Virus record (IMG/VR): IMGVR_UViG_3300037418_002651
Span: 5,299 to 69,298 of that record
Strand: one strand, 5' to 3'
Origin: a virus
Taxonomy: Duplodnaviria > Caudoviricetes
Length of the DNA: 64,000 nt
Under the pieces are notes generated by a model. The model saw nothing but the letters and a program-made list of their open reading frames with translations. It ran no database searches and was not told the origin of the DNA. The position numbers and the translations under genes were made by a program. The stretch's first letter is position 1; each line of letters opens with the position of its first letter. Positions 50,576 through 58,643 of the stretch are shown here, piece after piece.

Positions 50576-51828
50576 TACAGGGCCAGCAGGGGAAGGAGTT
50601 CGGCGGCCTCCCCGATGGCCGCCCCGGCACCCGCACCCTCCGCAGCAGCTCCGGCACCCTCGGCCGCAGCACCTTCACCGGCTGCCTCTCCGGCCCCACC
50701 GCCTCCACCGAGACCACCGCCGCTCTCGGCCGGGGCGCCCGGCTTCCCGATGGGCCGCATGTCCGGCGGGGACCAGTTCTTGACCTTCTGGGTGGCGGGA
50801 CCGTCCGGGACACCGCCCCGGTCACCGAAGAGGAGCGGGTTCATGTCCTCCGCGTGCTTGGACAGGTACTGGTCGTAGACGCGGACGGCCACCTTGTGGC
50901 ACTGGTCGTTGGACAGGGTGGGGTTGTAGCGCTTGACCTCCCGCATGATGGCGGAGATCTTGTTGCCCTTGGGCGAGAACGAGGACTCCGCCGGTGGGAG
51001 GTCGTTGGCGCCCTGCTCGATGTCCCCGCCGTTCATGGCCGGATCGGTCGGGGCATCCATCGTTCCGTCCGGGATGCCGTCCATGCCCATGCCAGGCGGC
51101 ATGGAGGCGGGGTCCATGCCGCCTCCCTCCGGCATCTGGCGGGGCTTGGTGGTCTCCGCGATCCCGCCCTGCATGCCGGGAGCGTTCGGGAACCCCGGCT
51201 GCGGCGTGTTCACGTCCGAGACGACCGGGGCAGCTCCGTCCGCCGCAACCTTGCGGGCGGAGCTACGAACGAAAGGGGCACTCCCCCACGTCAGCGGGTT
51301 CTCACCCGCCTCGATGGCCTGGGCCAGAGACGCGTAGCGGAAGGCCGCGAAGGGCGAGAAGCCCTGCTGCGACTTGCCCTTGTCGTCGTCGCTGTCCGAG
51401 TCGTCGTCGTCGTCGGAATCCGAGTCGTCGTCCGAGCTGTCGTCGTCATCGGAGTCGCCATCGTCATCGGAGTCGTCCGAGTCGTCGTCGTCCTGACCGT
51501 TGTCCGGAGAGTCGTCGGCGCCGTCGTCGTCCGAGTCGCTGGTGTCGTCGTCGTCGGAGTCGTTGAACGGGTTGTCCTTCGCCTCCATCAGGAGGGCGAA
51601 GCGCTGGGTGAAGACGTCGGTCAGCTCACGCATGTCCACGCCGTGCTGGGCGGCCGTGGCCATGATCTGATCCGAGGCCAGCGCCACCCGGTCCCCGAAC
51701 TCCTCCGGGGACTGGGCCAGCGCCAGGAATGCCCAGGTCCCCTGAGACGCCGCCTTGGCCATCTCCAGGTTCCGGGCCTTCTGCTCGGCGTCGTAGTCGT
51801 ACGACGCCTCGCTCCAAAGGTCCGTCAT
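50575..51828 (-). CDS. Putative internal virion protein with Asp/Ser-rich tract
   Basis: True start likely MTDLWSE at 51828 (RBS GAGGA plus AATTTAAA); the track ORF is over-extended. Confidence 0.55.
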   Translation of the reverse strand: MTDLWSEASYDYDAEQKARNLEMAKAASQGTWAFLALAQSPEEFGDRVALASDQIMATAAQHGVDMRELTDVFTQRFALLMEAKDNPFNDSDDDDTSDSDDDGADDSPDNGQDDDDSDDSDDDGDSDDDDSSDDDSDSDDDDDSDSDDDKGKSQQGFSPFAAFRYASLAQAIEAGENPLTWGSAPFVRSSARKVAADGAAPVVSDVNTPQPGFPNAPGMQGGIAETTKPRQMPEGGGMDPASMPPGMGMDGIPDGTMDAPTDPAMNGGDIEQGANDLPPAESSFSPKGNKISAIMREVKRYNPTLSNDQCHKVAVRVYDQYLSKHAEDMNPLLFGDRGGVPDGPATQKVKNWSPPDMRPIGKPGAPAESGGGLGGGGGAGEAAGEGAAAEGAGAAAEGAGAGAAIGEAAELLPLLAL

Positions 51829-51839
51829 TTTTAAATTCC

Positions 51840-54122
51840 TCACTTCCCCTGGCGCTCGGCCAGCAGACCAGCCTGCACGCGCTTGCGGAAGGCCAGGGAC
51901 TGCTTGCCCATGACCTGGTTGGGGGTGGACATGCCACCACCTCCGATCAGCGCATCCGCCGGGCTGGGCTCGGCCTGAGCCGCTCCCGGTACGACGGGAG
52001 AACCATACGGAGGAGCACCGTTGTACGGAGCCGGACCGCCCGGAGCCGCCGCATCCTGCTGACCATCCAGGGGGCCAGGGCGGCCAGGGCCGTTGATCGG
52101 CGTAGATCCGTCGGCGGCCGGAGTGGTGTTCGGCGCCGTGGTGTCGAGATCCATGGAGGTCGACGCCATCAGGTACAACCCGTTCGAGGGATGCTCGTTC
52201 TTCGCCGCGACCCGGTGGGTCACCCGGACGTGCTGCTCGACACGGGCGGCCACCTTGGGGAACTTCTTCATCACGGCCCGGTGGGCCGCCACGAACGCCT
52301 TCTGGTGCTCGGGGTTGTCGGAGATGCCCGCGTACACGCCCGCCTCGAACTCCTTGGAGCCGGTGGAGACCAGGCGCGTGCCCGGCTTCCACTTCGAGGC
52401 GTATCCGTAGCCCTTTCGGAAGTCCGCGTTCTCCCGTTCGGCCGCCGTGACGATCAGCGAGGAGACCTTCGAGCCCGCCCGGGTGACGCCGTTGCCGGGG
52501 CCCGCCACGGACGCCGGGACGTCCGGCTCACCGGCGGACTGGGTCATCGACTGGTAGCCCTCGGGGTATTGCTCGGCCGGGGTCGGCACGAAGGACGAGT
52601 CATCGCCGAAGGTGGGCGCGTTGCCCGCCTGCGCGTCGGCACGGCCAGCAGCGGCCCCACCAGCGTTCTGAGCCGTCGGCGGGGTGGTCTCGGGGGTGTT
52701 GGCCACCTCCTGCTGCGGGACCGCGTGCGGGGTGTCGGAGTTGCCGAACATGTCGGCCTTCTTCTGCACCGACGACGTCTTGGACTTCTTGCACTGGGCG
52801 CAGGAGCACTCCTGACCGCACTTCTTGCACTTGCCGCCCGAGATCGTCCCGCCGCAGTCCGAGCAGCCGTGAGAGGCCTGCTTCTTCTTGGCCTGGGCCT
52901 TGCCCGGCGCCGCGTTGCCGGTGCCGTTGGTGGTCCACTCCTCCTGGAACTCGTCGTCCAGGGGGAAGGCGACGTCCGGCGGCAGCGGCGAGGGCGCGTG
53001 CGGCTGGTTGTTCGCGTCTACGGTCTCCTGGATCTGCGGAAGCCCGGACGCGGCCTCCTTACGACCTTTTCCCTGACCACCCGCCTTGCGGGCCGCCTTC
53101 TGGGCTGCCGCCTTAGCGCGGAACTCGTCCATGTTCATCGTGTAGCCGATGGCCATGCCGGGGCCGCCGTACAGCGACGACTGCTTGGTGTAGTCCGGCC
53201 GGTCGCCGCCCTTCTCCGGGGCTCCGGGGTCGCCGTCGCTCCAGCCCGGCGCGGTGTCCTGCTGCATGCCCTGCGGAGGGGCCCAGGACAGCTCGTCGCC
53301 CTCGGAGTGACCGCCGGGCTTCTCCGGGGCGCCGCCGTCAGCACCGGAGCCGCCGTTGACGATCTCCTGGATGAGCGGAGCCCGGTCGGAGGTCTCGGTG
53401 CCGGAGACGCCCGCGTTGATCGGGTCGACCTCGGGGGCGAAGGTGTCGAACACCTCGGTGGGCAGCGGGGTGGTCTTCGGCTGGTTGTTCGGGTCGACCG
53501 TCTGCTGGATCTGGTCCAGGCCGGAGGCCGCCTGCTTGTACAGGAAGCCCACGTAGTTCGTGAAGACCTTCTGGGCGGCCTGGGCCTGGATGCCGAACTG
53601 ACCGGCGACCTGACGGGCCTTGCCGTTGGCCTGGACGACAAACTCCTCGAAGTCCTGCTTGACGAAGTCCGGCACCCGGCCGAACCACATGGCGGCCTCG
53701 GCCACCACCTTGTTCTGCCACTGCGGGTCAACCTCGGCGACGTCACCGAGCCAGTCCGTGGCCGCCGTGTGGTGCTGGAAGGTGCTGACCGGAGTCAGAG
53801 TCTCCCGGACCACCGTGTCGGCGAAGTCCAGCTCGCGCCCCTGGGCCGCCTTGGCCTGGATCCCCTCATCGAGCTTCCGGATCTGGTCGAGCAACGCGAC
53901 CTGCTCCTGGAAGTTCGAGGTTCGGTTCAGGGCGCGGACGAGTTCTGCGCGCTTCTCCACATCTCCTCCTGCGGTGGCCCGGCGTTGACGCCGCCGGACC
54001 TTGCGGTCTTCTTGAGAGGGGTTCGTCCGCACCTTCTGGCGTCCACGCATCGACTCCTGGACGCGCGAGCCCCACAGCCCCTGCTGGAGCTGCCAGTACT
54101 CGTCCTCGTCCGTCTCGTCCAT
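51840..54122 (-). CDS. Putative internal virion protein with internal duplication
   Basis: Start MDETDED 54122; ASGLDQIQQTVDPNNQP and ASGLPQIQETVDANNQP repeats. Confidence 0.55.
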   Translation of the reverse strand: MDETDEDEYWQLQQGLWGSRVQESMRGRQKVRTNPSQEDRKVRRRQRRATAGGDVEKRAELVRALNRTSNFQEQVALLDQIRKLDEGIQAKAAQGRELDFADTVVRETLTPVSTFQHHTAATDWLGDVAEVDPQWQNKVVAEAAMWFGRVPDFVKQDFEEFVVQANGKARQVAGQFGIQAQAAQKVFTNYVGFLYKQAASGLDQIQQTVDPNNQPKTTPLPTEVFDTFAPEVDPINAGVSGTETSDRAPLIQEIVNGGSGADGGAPEKPGGHSEGDELSWAPPQGMQQDTAPGWSDGDPGAPEKGGDRPDYTKQSSLYGGPGMAIGYTMNMDEFRAKAAAQKAARKAGGQGKGRKEAASGLPQIQETVDANNQPHAPSPLPPDVAFPLDDEFQEEWTTNGTGNAAPGKAQAKKKQASHGCSDCGGTISGGKCKKCGQECSCAQCKKSKTSSVQKKADMFGNSDTPHAVPQQEVANTPETTPPTAQNAGGAAAGRADAQAGNAPTFGDDSSFVPTPAEQYPEGYQSMTQSAGEPDVPASVAGPGNGVTRAGSKVSSLIVTAAERENADFRKGYGYASKWKPGTRLVSTGSKEFEAGVYAGISDNPEHQKAFVAAHRAVMKKFPKVAARVEQHVRVTHRVAAKNEHPSNGLYLMASTSMDLDTTAPNTTPAADGSTPINGPGRPGPLDGQQDAAAPGGPAPYNGAPPYGSPVVPGAAQAEPSPADALIGGGGMSTPNQVMGKQSLAFRKRVQAGLLAERQGK

Positions 54123-54214
54123 GCGCCCTCCACCCCTTCCCGGGAATGAGCCCCTGAAGGACAGCATTCTCCTGGGCATAGGTCGCCCAGACCTTGATAT
54201 AGTCAGGACCTCGT

Positions 54215-54303
54215 GGTTTGGCCCGGCTTAGGCAAGGTGGGGCTGGGCAGGGCGCGGTATGGCAGGGAGAAGACCCCCATCATCAGATGGGGGTCTTCGT
54301 TTT
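54215..54303 (+). ncRNA. Orphan GGY-NN pentamer array 4 plus hairpin
   Basis: 10 units (extra A at 54230), then GGA-GAAGACCCCCATC-ATCA-GATGGGGGTCTTC-GTTTT; upstream TTGATATAGTCAG box containing -10 TATAGT. Confidence 0.75.
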
Positions 54304-54326
54304 CCGCACCCTGAGTGAGGACCCTA

Positions 54327-54908
54327 CTACAACCTGTAACGGCTCTCCGTGGGTCCGGTCTGGCCCTGGTACCGGCCCTTCTCGGAGTAGTCGAACTGCG
54401 GGCGATTCACCCGCTCGAAGACGAGCTGGGCGATGGGCATCCCCTCGTGAAGCTCGATGGCCCACGGGGCGAGGTTGGCGATCTCCAGGGTGATCTGGCC
54501 CTCGAAACCGGGGTCGATCACGCCCGCCGTGACGTGGACGGTCATCCCCAGGCGGCCGAGGGACGACTTGCCCTCCACCATGGCCGCGATGGTCGGGGAG
54601 AGCCTCACGTACTCCTCGGTGCAGGCCAAGAGGAACTCTCCCGGCCGGAGGATGTAGCCCTGCGGGCCGATCTCGCGCTCGGTGGTGTGGTTGTGCCAGG
54701 AGGGCACGCCGTGGCCGTAGTACGTGCAGTCGCGGTCGTAGTCGAACCACTCGCGGGTCCGGATGAGCGTGACGTCGTCGCGGGGCACACGGATCTCCCT
54801 GGAGAGCGTCACGTCATAGGAGACGGGCTGGACGCGTACGGGGTTGAACGGCTTGATGCCGATGTCCCCGATGTCCATGGCGATCTCGATCTCTTCGTCG
54901 TTGAGCAA
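54327..54908 (-). CDS. dcd: dCTP deaminase
   Basis: VQPVSYDVTL, ACTEEYV, EGKSSLGRLG, AGVIDPGFEGQITLEI, GMPIAQLVF, YQGQ.GP..S motifs; TTG start. Confidence 0.9.
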   Translation of the reverse strand: MLNDEEIEIAMDIGDIGIKPFNPVRVQPVSYDVTLSREIRVPRDDVTLIRTREWFDYDRDCTYYGHGVPSWHNHTTEREIGPQGYILRPGEFLLACTEEYVRLSPTIAAMVEGKSSLGRLGMTVHVTAGVIDPGFEGQITLEIANLAPWAIELHEGMPIAQLVFERVNRPQFDYSEKGRYQGQTGPTESRYRL

Positions 54909-54935
54909 TTTAAATTCCTCTCTGGCGGGATGGGT

Positions 54936-55136
54936 CTAGCGGGAGGCCCGCTGCGCGATCAGGGCAAGTTTGCCCTTGCGGGAGCCGGAGCCCTTCTTCG
55001 GGTCCTCGCGCTCCGGCAGGGGGTTCCCCGGCCAGGTCAGGCCCGCGATGGCGTTGGCGTGGAAGCCGAAGCAGGGCTGCCCCTTGTCGCACAGGACCTC
55101 GGGGCGCTCAGGGTTCGGAGTCGAACAATGGGACAC
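54936..55136 (-). CDS. Small Cys/His protein
   Basis: 66 aa; C...CDKGQPCFGFH. Confidence 0.45.
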   Translation of the reverse strand: MSHCSTPNPERPEVLCDKGQPCFGFHANAIAGLTWPGNPLPEREDPKKGSGSRKGKLALIAQRASR

Positions 55137-55317
55137 GGGTCTGATCCTCCGGAAGAGTCGTGATGTTCATCCTCTCGCGGACGCCCCAGGCCTCCACATA
55201 CGCGGCGGCCATGAGGAGCTTGTCGTCCTCGGTGATGATGTCGGGGTTCACCCCCTGGTCTATCAGGGTCCGGTCGACGGCTCCGAGGAGCGCGCGGAGA
55301 GAGCTGGTGTCGTCCAT
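55108..55317 (-). CDS. Hypothetical protein
   Basis: 69 aa, RBS GGAGG. Confidence 0.55.
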   Translation of the reverse strand: MDDTSSLRALLGAVDRTLIDQGVNPDIITEDDKLLMAAAYVEAWGVRERMNITTLPEDQTRVPLFDSEP

Positions 55318-55467
55318 GGCGACCTCCTGACGTAGTGAAGGTCGTTACGACGCTACGCGAAGGATTCTTGGAGGACAAGGGTGGGGCATATGCCAGATGT
55401 CCTCGCCACCCGACGATTCCTCAAACCGGGTTGCTCCAACCATGATTGGTAGTGCATAGTGGTGACC

Positions 55468-55541
55468 GCGCCGGTGCGCTGGTGGGGGTTCCTTCGATTC
55501 TGGTTCGACAAAGACACCTCCGTCGACCTTGTTCTCGGCGC
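55468..55541 (+). ncRNA. Y RNA-like element 1 (short, no tRNA arms)
   Basis: GCGCCGG-TGCGC...GGTTCCTT / CCTTGTTCTCGGCGC closing stem; upstream promoter TTGCTC-N18-CATAGT. Confidence 0.55.
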
Positions 55542-55573
55542 CTTGACAACTGAATCGGATTCACTGTGGTGAC

Positions 55574-55714
55574 GGGTGGCCGGTGCGCAGGCATGGGTTA
55601 CTTCACCTGCTAAGTGAGAGTTGCGGGTTCGAGTCCCGTCCGGGGGTCAAGGCCTCCGGTAGCTTAATGGGCAAAGCGCTAACGTTCCCCGCGCCGCCTT
55701 GTTCTCGGACACCC
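55574..55714 (+). ncRNA. Y RNA-like element 2 (YrlA-like, T arm-acceptor hairpin-D arm)
   Basis: GCGGG-TTCGAGT-CCCGT, CCGGGGG/CCTCCGG, TAGCTTAATGGGCAAAGC, 3' CCTTGTTCTCGGACACCC. Confidence 0.7.
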
Positions 55715-55750
55715 TTCATCCCAGTGAATCTCCATCATCGCGATGGTGGT

Positions 55751-55866
55751 GAGTATCCGGTGCGCAGTGCCGGGATACTTCAACCTGAAAAGTTGGCAAT
55801 CTGGGTTCGACTCCCAGCTAGGGCGTGGGCCTAGCTTTTCCTGGGACGCCTTGTCCTCGGATGCTC
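55751..55866 (+). ncRNA. Y RNA-like element 3 (T arm plus acceptor hairpin, no D arm)
   Basis: GAGTATCCG/CGGATGCTC stem, CTGGG-TTCGACT-CCCAG, CTAGG/CCTAG. Confidence 0.65.
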
Positions 55867-55892
55867 TCCAGCGTCGCGATGACGCACACGCG

Positions 55893-55974
55893 CCTTCCCG
55901 GTGCGTAGTCCAGGGTTACTTCCACACGATTCAAACCGTGTCCCAAAGACCTTGGACGCTTTGATCTCGGGAGG
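55893..55974 (+). ncRNA. Y RNA-like element 4 (YrlB-like)
   Basis: CCTTCCCGG-TGCGTAG...GGTTACTT / CTTTGATCTCGGGAGG; no tRNA arms. Confidence 0.55.
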
Positions 55975-55986
55975 GTCTCGACATTC

Positions 55987-56130
55987 ACGGTCGATGCGTA
56001 GGCAGTGGATACTTCACCGGAACCGCCGGTCACAGGTTCAAATCCTGTCCGCCCACCCATTCATGTGGGCGGTAGCTCAGTCTGGCAGAGCAGCGGTATT
56101 AGTCCCACCGCCGTCCTTGTTCTCGACCGT
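55987..56130 (+). ncRNA. Y RNA-like element 5 (YrlA-like)
   Basis: ACGGTCGA/TCGACCGT stem, ACAGG-TTCAAAT-CCTGT, CCGCCCAC/GTGGGCGG, TAGCTCAGTCTGGCAGAGC. Confidence 0.75.
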
Positions 56131-56177
56131 GGTTTGAGCCCCTCCTGGTCCATCACCCGCCAGAGAGGGGCTCATTC

Positions 56178-57839
56178 ATGTCCAAGTTCAACTCCAAGGG
56201 CGCTCAGACCGCCCGCAAGTCGGGGCCGGTCAGCCCGATGACCACGACCGGCACCACCAAGACGTTCGAGGGCGGCGCGGGCTTCTCGCGTGACGCCAAG
56301 TCCGAGCTGTACCTCACCGCCGTGACCAACATGGTCGGCGAGGACACGTTCTACGAGTCGGCCCAGAAGCGGGACGACCGCTTCGTGCGCCTGATCCACC
56401 AGGTCGCCGTCTCGGACCCGGAGTGGCTCTACCGGTTCCTCGGGTGGCTGCGCAACAAGGCCAACATGCGCTCGGCGTCCGTCGTCGTCGCGGCCGAGGC
56501 CATCAAGGCCCGCCTGGACGCCAGGATCACCGAGGGCTTCCGGGTTGCCCTGCCGTGGCAGGGTGATCACGCGATCCTGTTCAACACCAAGGACTTCATC
56601 CCGCAGGGTATGGCCCGTGCGGACGAGCCGGGCGAGTTCCTCGCCTACTGGACCTCGAAGTACGGCAAGAACCTCCCGCAGCCGGTCAAGCGCGGTCTGG
56701 CCCTCGCGGCCAACGACCTGTACGACGAGTACTCGTACTCGAAGTACGGCAAGACCGGTGAGTGGCAGATGGCCGACGTCATCGAGCTGGTCCACGCGGC
56801 CCCGAAGGACGACGCCCAGGGCGCGCTGTACAAGTACGCCATCGACATGCGGCACGGCCGCGAGGAGCTGGTCCCGGCGGCCCTGCCGATGCTCCAGCAC
56901 CGCGAAGCCATCATGGCGATCCCGCAGGAGGAGCGGCGCACGTTCCTCCTGACCAGTTCGGCCAAGGAGGAGCTGAAGCGGGCCGGTGTCACCTGGGAGG
57001 CCCTGTCGGGGTGGCTCGGTGACGCGCTGGACGCCTCGTTCTGGGAGTCGATCATCCCGACCATGGGCTACATGGCCCTGTTGCGGAACCTGCGCAACTT
57101 CGAGAAGGCCGGGATCTCCCGTGCGTCCCGTGCGGCCGTCTGCACGCGCCTGGCGGCCCCGGGAGAGGTCCAGCAGTCCCGTCAGTTCCCCTTCCGCTTC
57201 CTGAGCGCCTACAGGGCCGTGGAGAGCGACTGGTGGAGCCTGGCCCTGTCGGACGCCCTGGACCACTCGATCGGCAACCTGCCGGTCTTCCCGGGCCGCA
57301 CGCTGGTCCTGGTCGACACGTCGGCTTCGATGATGGACCCGATCTCGGCGAAGTCCTCGGTGTCCCACGCGGACATCGGAGCCCTGTTCGGTGTCGCGCT
57401 CGCGCGGGCCGGTCAGGACGTGGACCTCCACGGCTTCGCGGGCGGGAGCACCTGGGGCCGCAGCACCTCTGGCCGGGTCAGCTTCAAGCACGACCTGCCC
57501 AAGGGCGGTTCGGTGCTGAAGGGCATCCAGTCCTTCACGAAGCGGATCGGCGAGGTCGGCCACGGCACGCAGATGGTGGAGGCCATCAAGGAGACGTACG
57601 ACGGCCACGACCGGGTCATCCTGGTCACCGACATGCAGGCCTTCGCGGCCTACGGCGGTGGGCGGGTCACCTCGGCGGTCCCGGCCGACGTGCGGATGTA
57701 CGGCATCAACCCGAGCGGCTACTCCAGCACCGCGCTGGACCTCTCGCAGCGCAACCGCTACGAGATCGGCGGCTTCTCCGACCAGGTCTTCAGGATGATC
57801 TCGCTCCTGGAGGCCGGGGACGCCAACTGGCCGTTCTGA
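56178..57839 (+). CDS. rsr: Ro60/Rsr-like TROVE plus vWA RNA-binding protein
   Basis: EGGAGF.RD.KSEL, DPEW...WLR..ANMR, TWE.LS, MGYMALLRNLRN, SRQFPFRFLSAY, TLVLVDTSASM (MIDAS), RVILVTDMQ. Confidence 0.85.
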   Translation: MSKFNSKGAQTARKSGPVSPMTTTGTTKTFEGGAGFSRDAKSELYLTAVTNMVGEDTFYESAQKRDDRFVRLIHQVAVSDPEWLYRFLGWLRNKANMRSASVVVAAEAIKARLDARITEGFRVALPWQGDHAILFNTKDFIPQGMARADEPGEFLAYWTSKYGKNLPQPVKRGLALAANDLYDEYSYSKYGKTGEWQMADVIELVHAAPKDDAQGALYKYAIDMRHGREELVPAALPMLQHREAIMAIPQEERRTFLLTSSAKEELKRAGVTWEALSGWLGDALDASFWESIIPTMGYMALLRNLRNFEKAGISRASRAAVCTRLAAPGEVQQSRQFPFRFLSAYRAVESDWWSLALSDALDHSIGNLPVFPGRTLVLVDTSASMMDPISAKSSVSHADIGALFGVALARAGQDVDLHGFAGGSTWGRSTSGRVSFKHDLPKGGSVLKGIQSFTKRIGEVGHGTQMVEAIKETYDGHDRVILVTDMQAFAAYGGGRVTSAVPADVRMYGINPSGYSSTALDLSQRNRYEIGGFSDQVFRMISLLEAGDANWPF

Positions 57840-58024
57840 TGTGCCTGCTCTGTGTGGCCGATGAGGTCCCGCAGCCCCTGCAACACTGCGGGGTCTGCGG
57901 GTGCCCCATCGTGATCTACGACGGCGCCTTCTTCTGCACGCCGGACGAGTGCTGGTGCGAGAAGCAGCCCAACATGGGCGAGTGGCACGCCCTTTCGGAG
58001 GAGTACGATCCTCCCCAGACATAG
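57839..58024 (+). CDS. Small Cys-rich protein coupled to the Ro gene
   Basis: TGATG overlap; MCLLC...CGVCGC...C...CWC. Confidence 0.5.
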   Translation: MCLLCVADEVPQPLQHCGVCGCPIVIYDGAFFCTPDECWCEKQPNMGEWHALSEEYDPPQT

Positions 58025-58094
58025 CCGTCGCTCGCGGAGCGGTGGAAGTGCCGCCAGGTGACCCGGGGCAGACCGGGAGCCTGGCGGGGCGCAC

Positions 58095-58128
58095 GAAGAC
58101 CCCCTCGCTGGACTGGAGGGGGTCTTCT
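58095..58128. terminator. Bidirectional terminator at convergent genes
   Basis: GAAGACCCCCTC...GAGGGGGTCTTC. Confidence 0.65.
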
Positions 58129-58139
58129 TGTGTCTGGGC

Positions 58140-58322
58140 TCAGGCGAAGTAGACCATGAACAGCTCGAAGTGCTCGGGGTCATCAGGGTGCCGGTCCGAG
58201 TGGGTGCGGGGATGGTCCGGGAGGTGGGCCGGTCGGGCCCAGGGCCGGTTGCTGGCGGCCTTCACGGCCTTCTCGTACGAGCTGTCGAACTCCCTGACTA
58301 TCTGCTCCAGTTCGAAGTGCAT
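58140..58322 (-). CDS. Hypothetical protein
   Basis: 60 aa, RBS AAGGAG. Confidence 0.5.
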   Translation of the reverse strand: MHFELEQIVREFDSSYEKAVKAASNRPWARPAHLPDHPRTHSDRHPDDPEHFELFMVYFA

Positions 58323-58391
58323 GCGTGCGACTCCTTCTTAAAAACGTCAGCCCCCTCCGAAGAGGGGGCTTCTCCTGCGTTGGCGCGAGTC

Positions 58392-58568
58392 CTACTCGGA
58401 CTGACCCTGCTGGCCGTCGTCTCCCTGCGGGGCCTCCTGGCCCTCCTGGAGCTGGCCGGAGGCCTTCAGGTTCGCCAGGCGCTGACGCTCCAGCTCGTCC
58501 TGCTGGGGCTCGTCCTGGCCCTGCTGCTCGGCCTGCTGGGGCTGCTGGCCCTCGTTCCTCTTGGTCAT
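58392..58568 (-). CDS. Small Gln-rich hypothetical protein
   Basis: ATG 58568 with RBS GGAGGAG. Confidence 0.45.
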   Translation of the reverse strand: MTKRNEGQQPQQAEQQGQDEPQQDELERQRLANLKASGQLQEGQEAPQGDDGQQGQSE

Positions 58569-58643
58569 GTTCTCCTCCAGATCATGCGGATGTGGACCGC
58601 GCCACACCAGACGAATGTCCCGATGTGGGCGGTCCACACTCGC

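Noticed and set aside
51380-51565. GTCGTC/GAGTC tandem repeats
   Set aside because: Encodes an Asp/Ser tract in a coding gene
55574-56130. Canonical tRNA genes
   Set aside because: T and D arms are in permuted order, the acceptor stem is closed by a loop, and there is no anticodon arm or CCA end; better explained as Y RNAs
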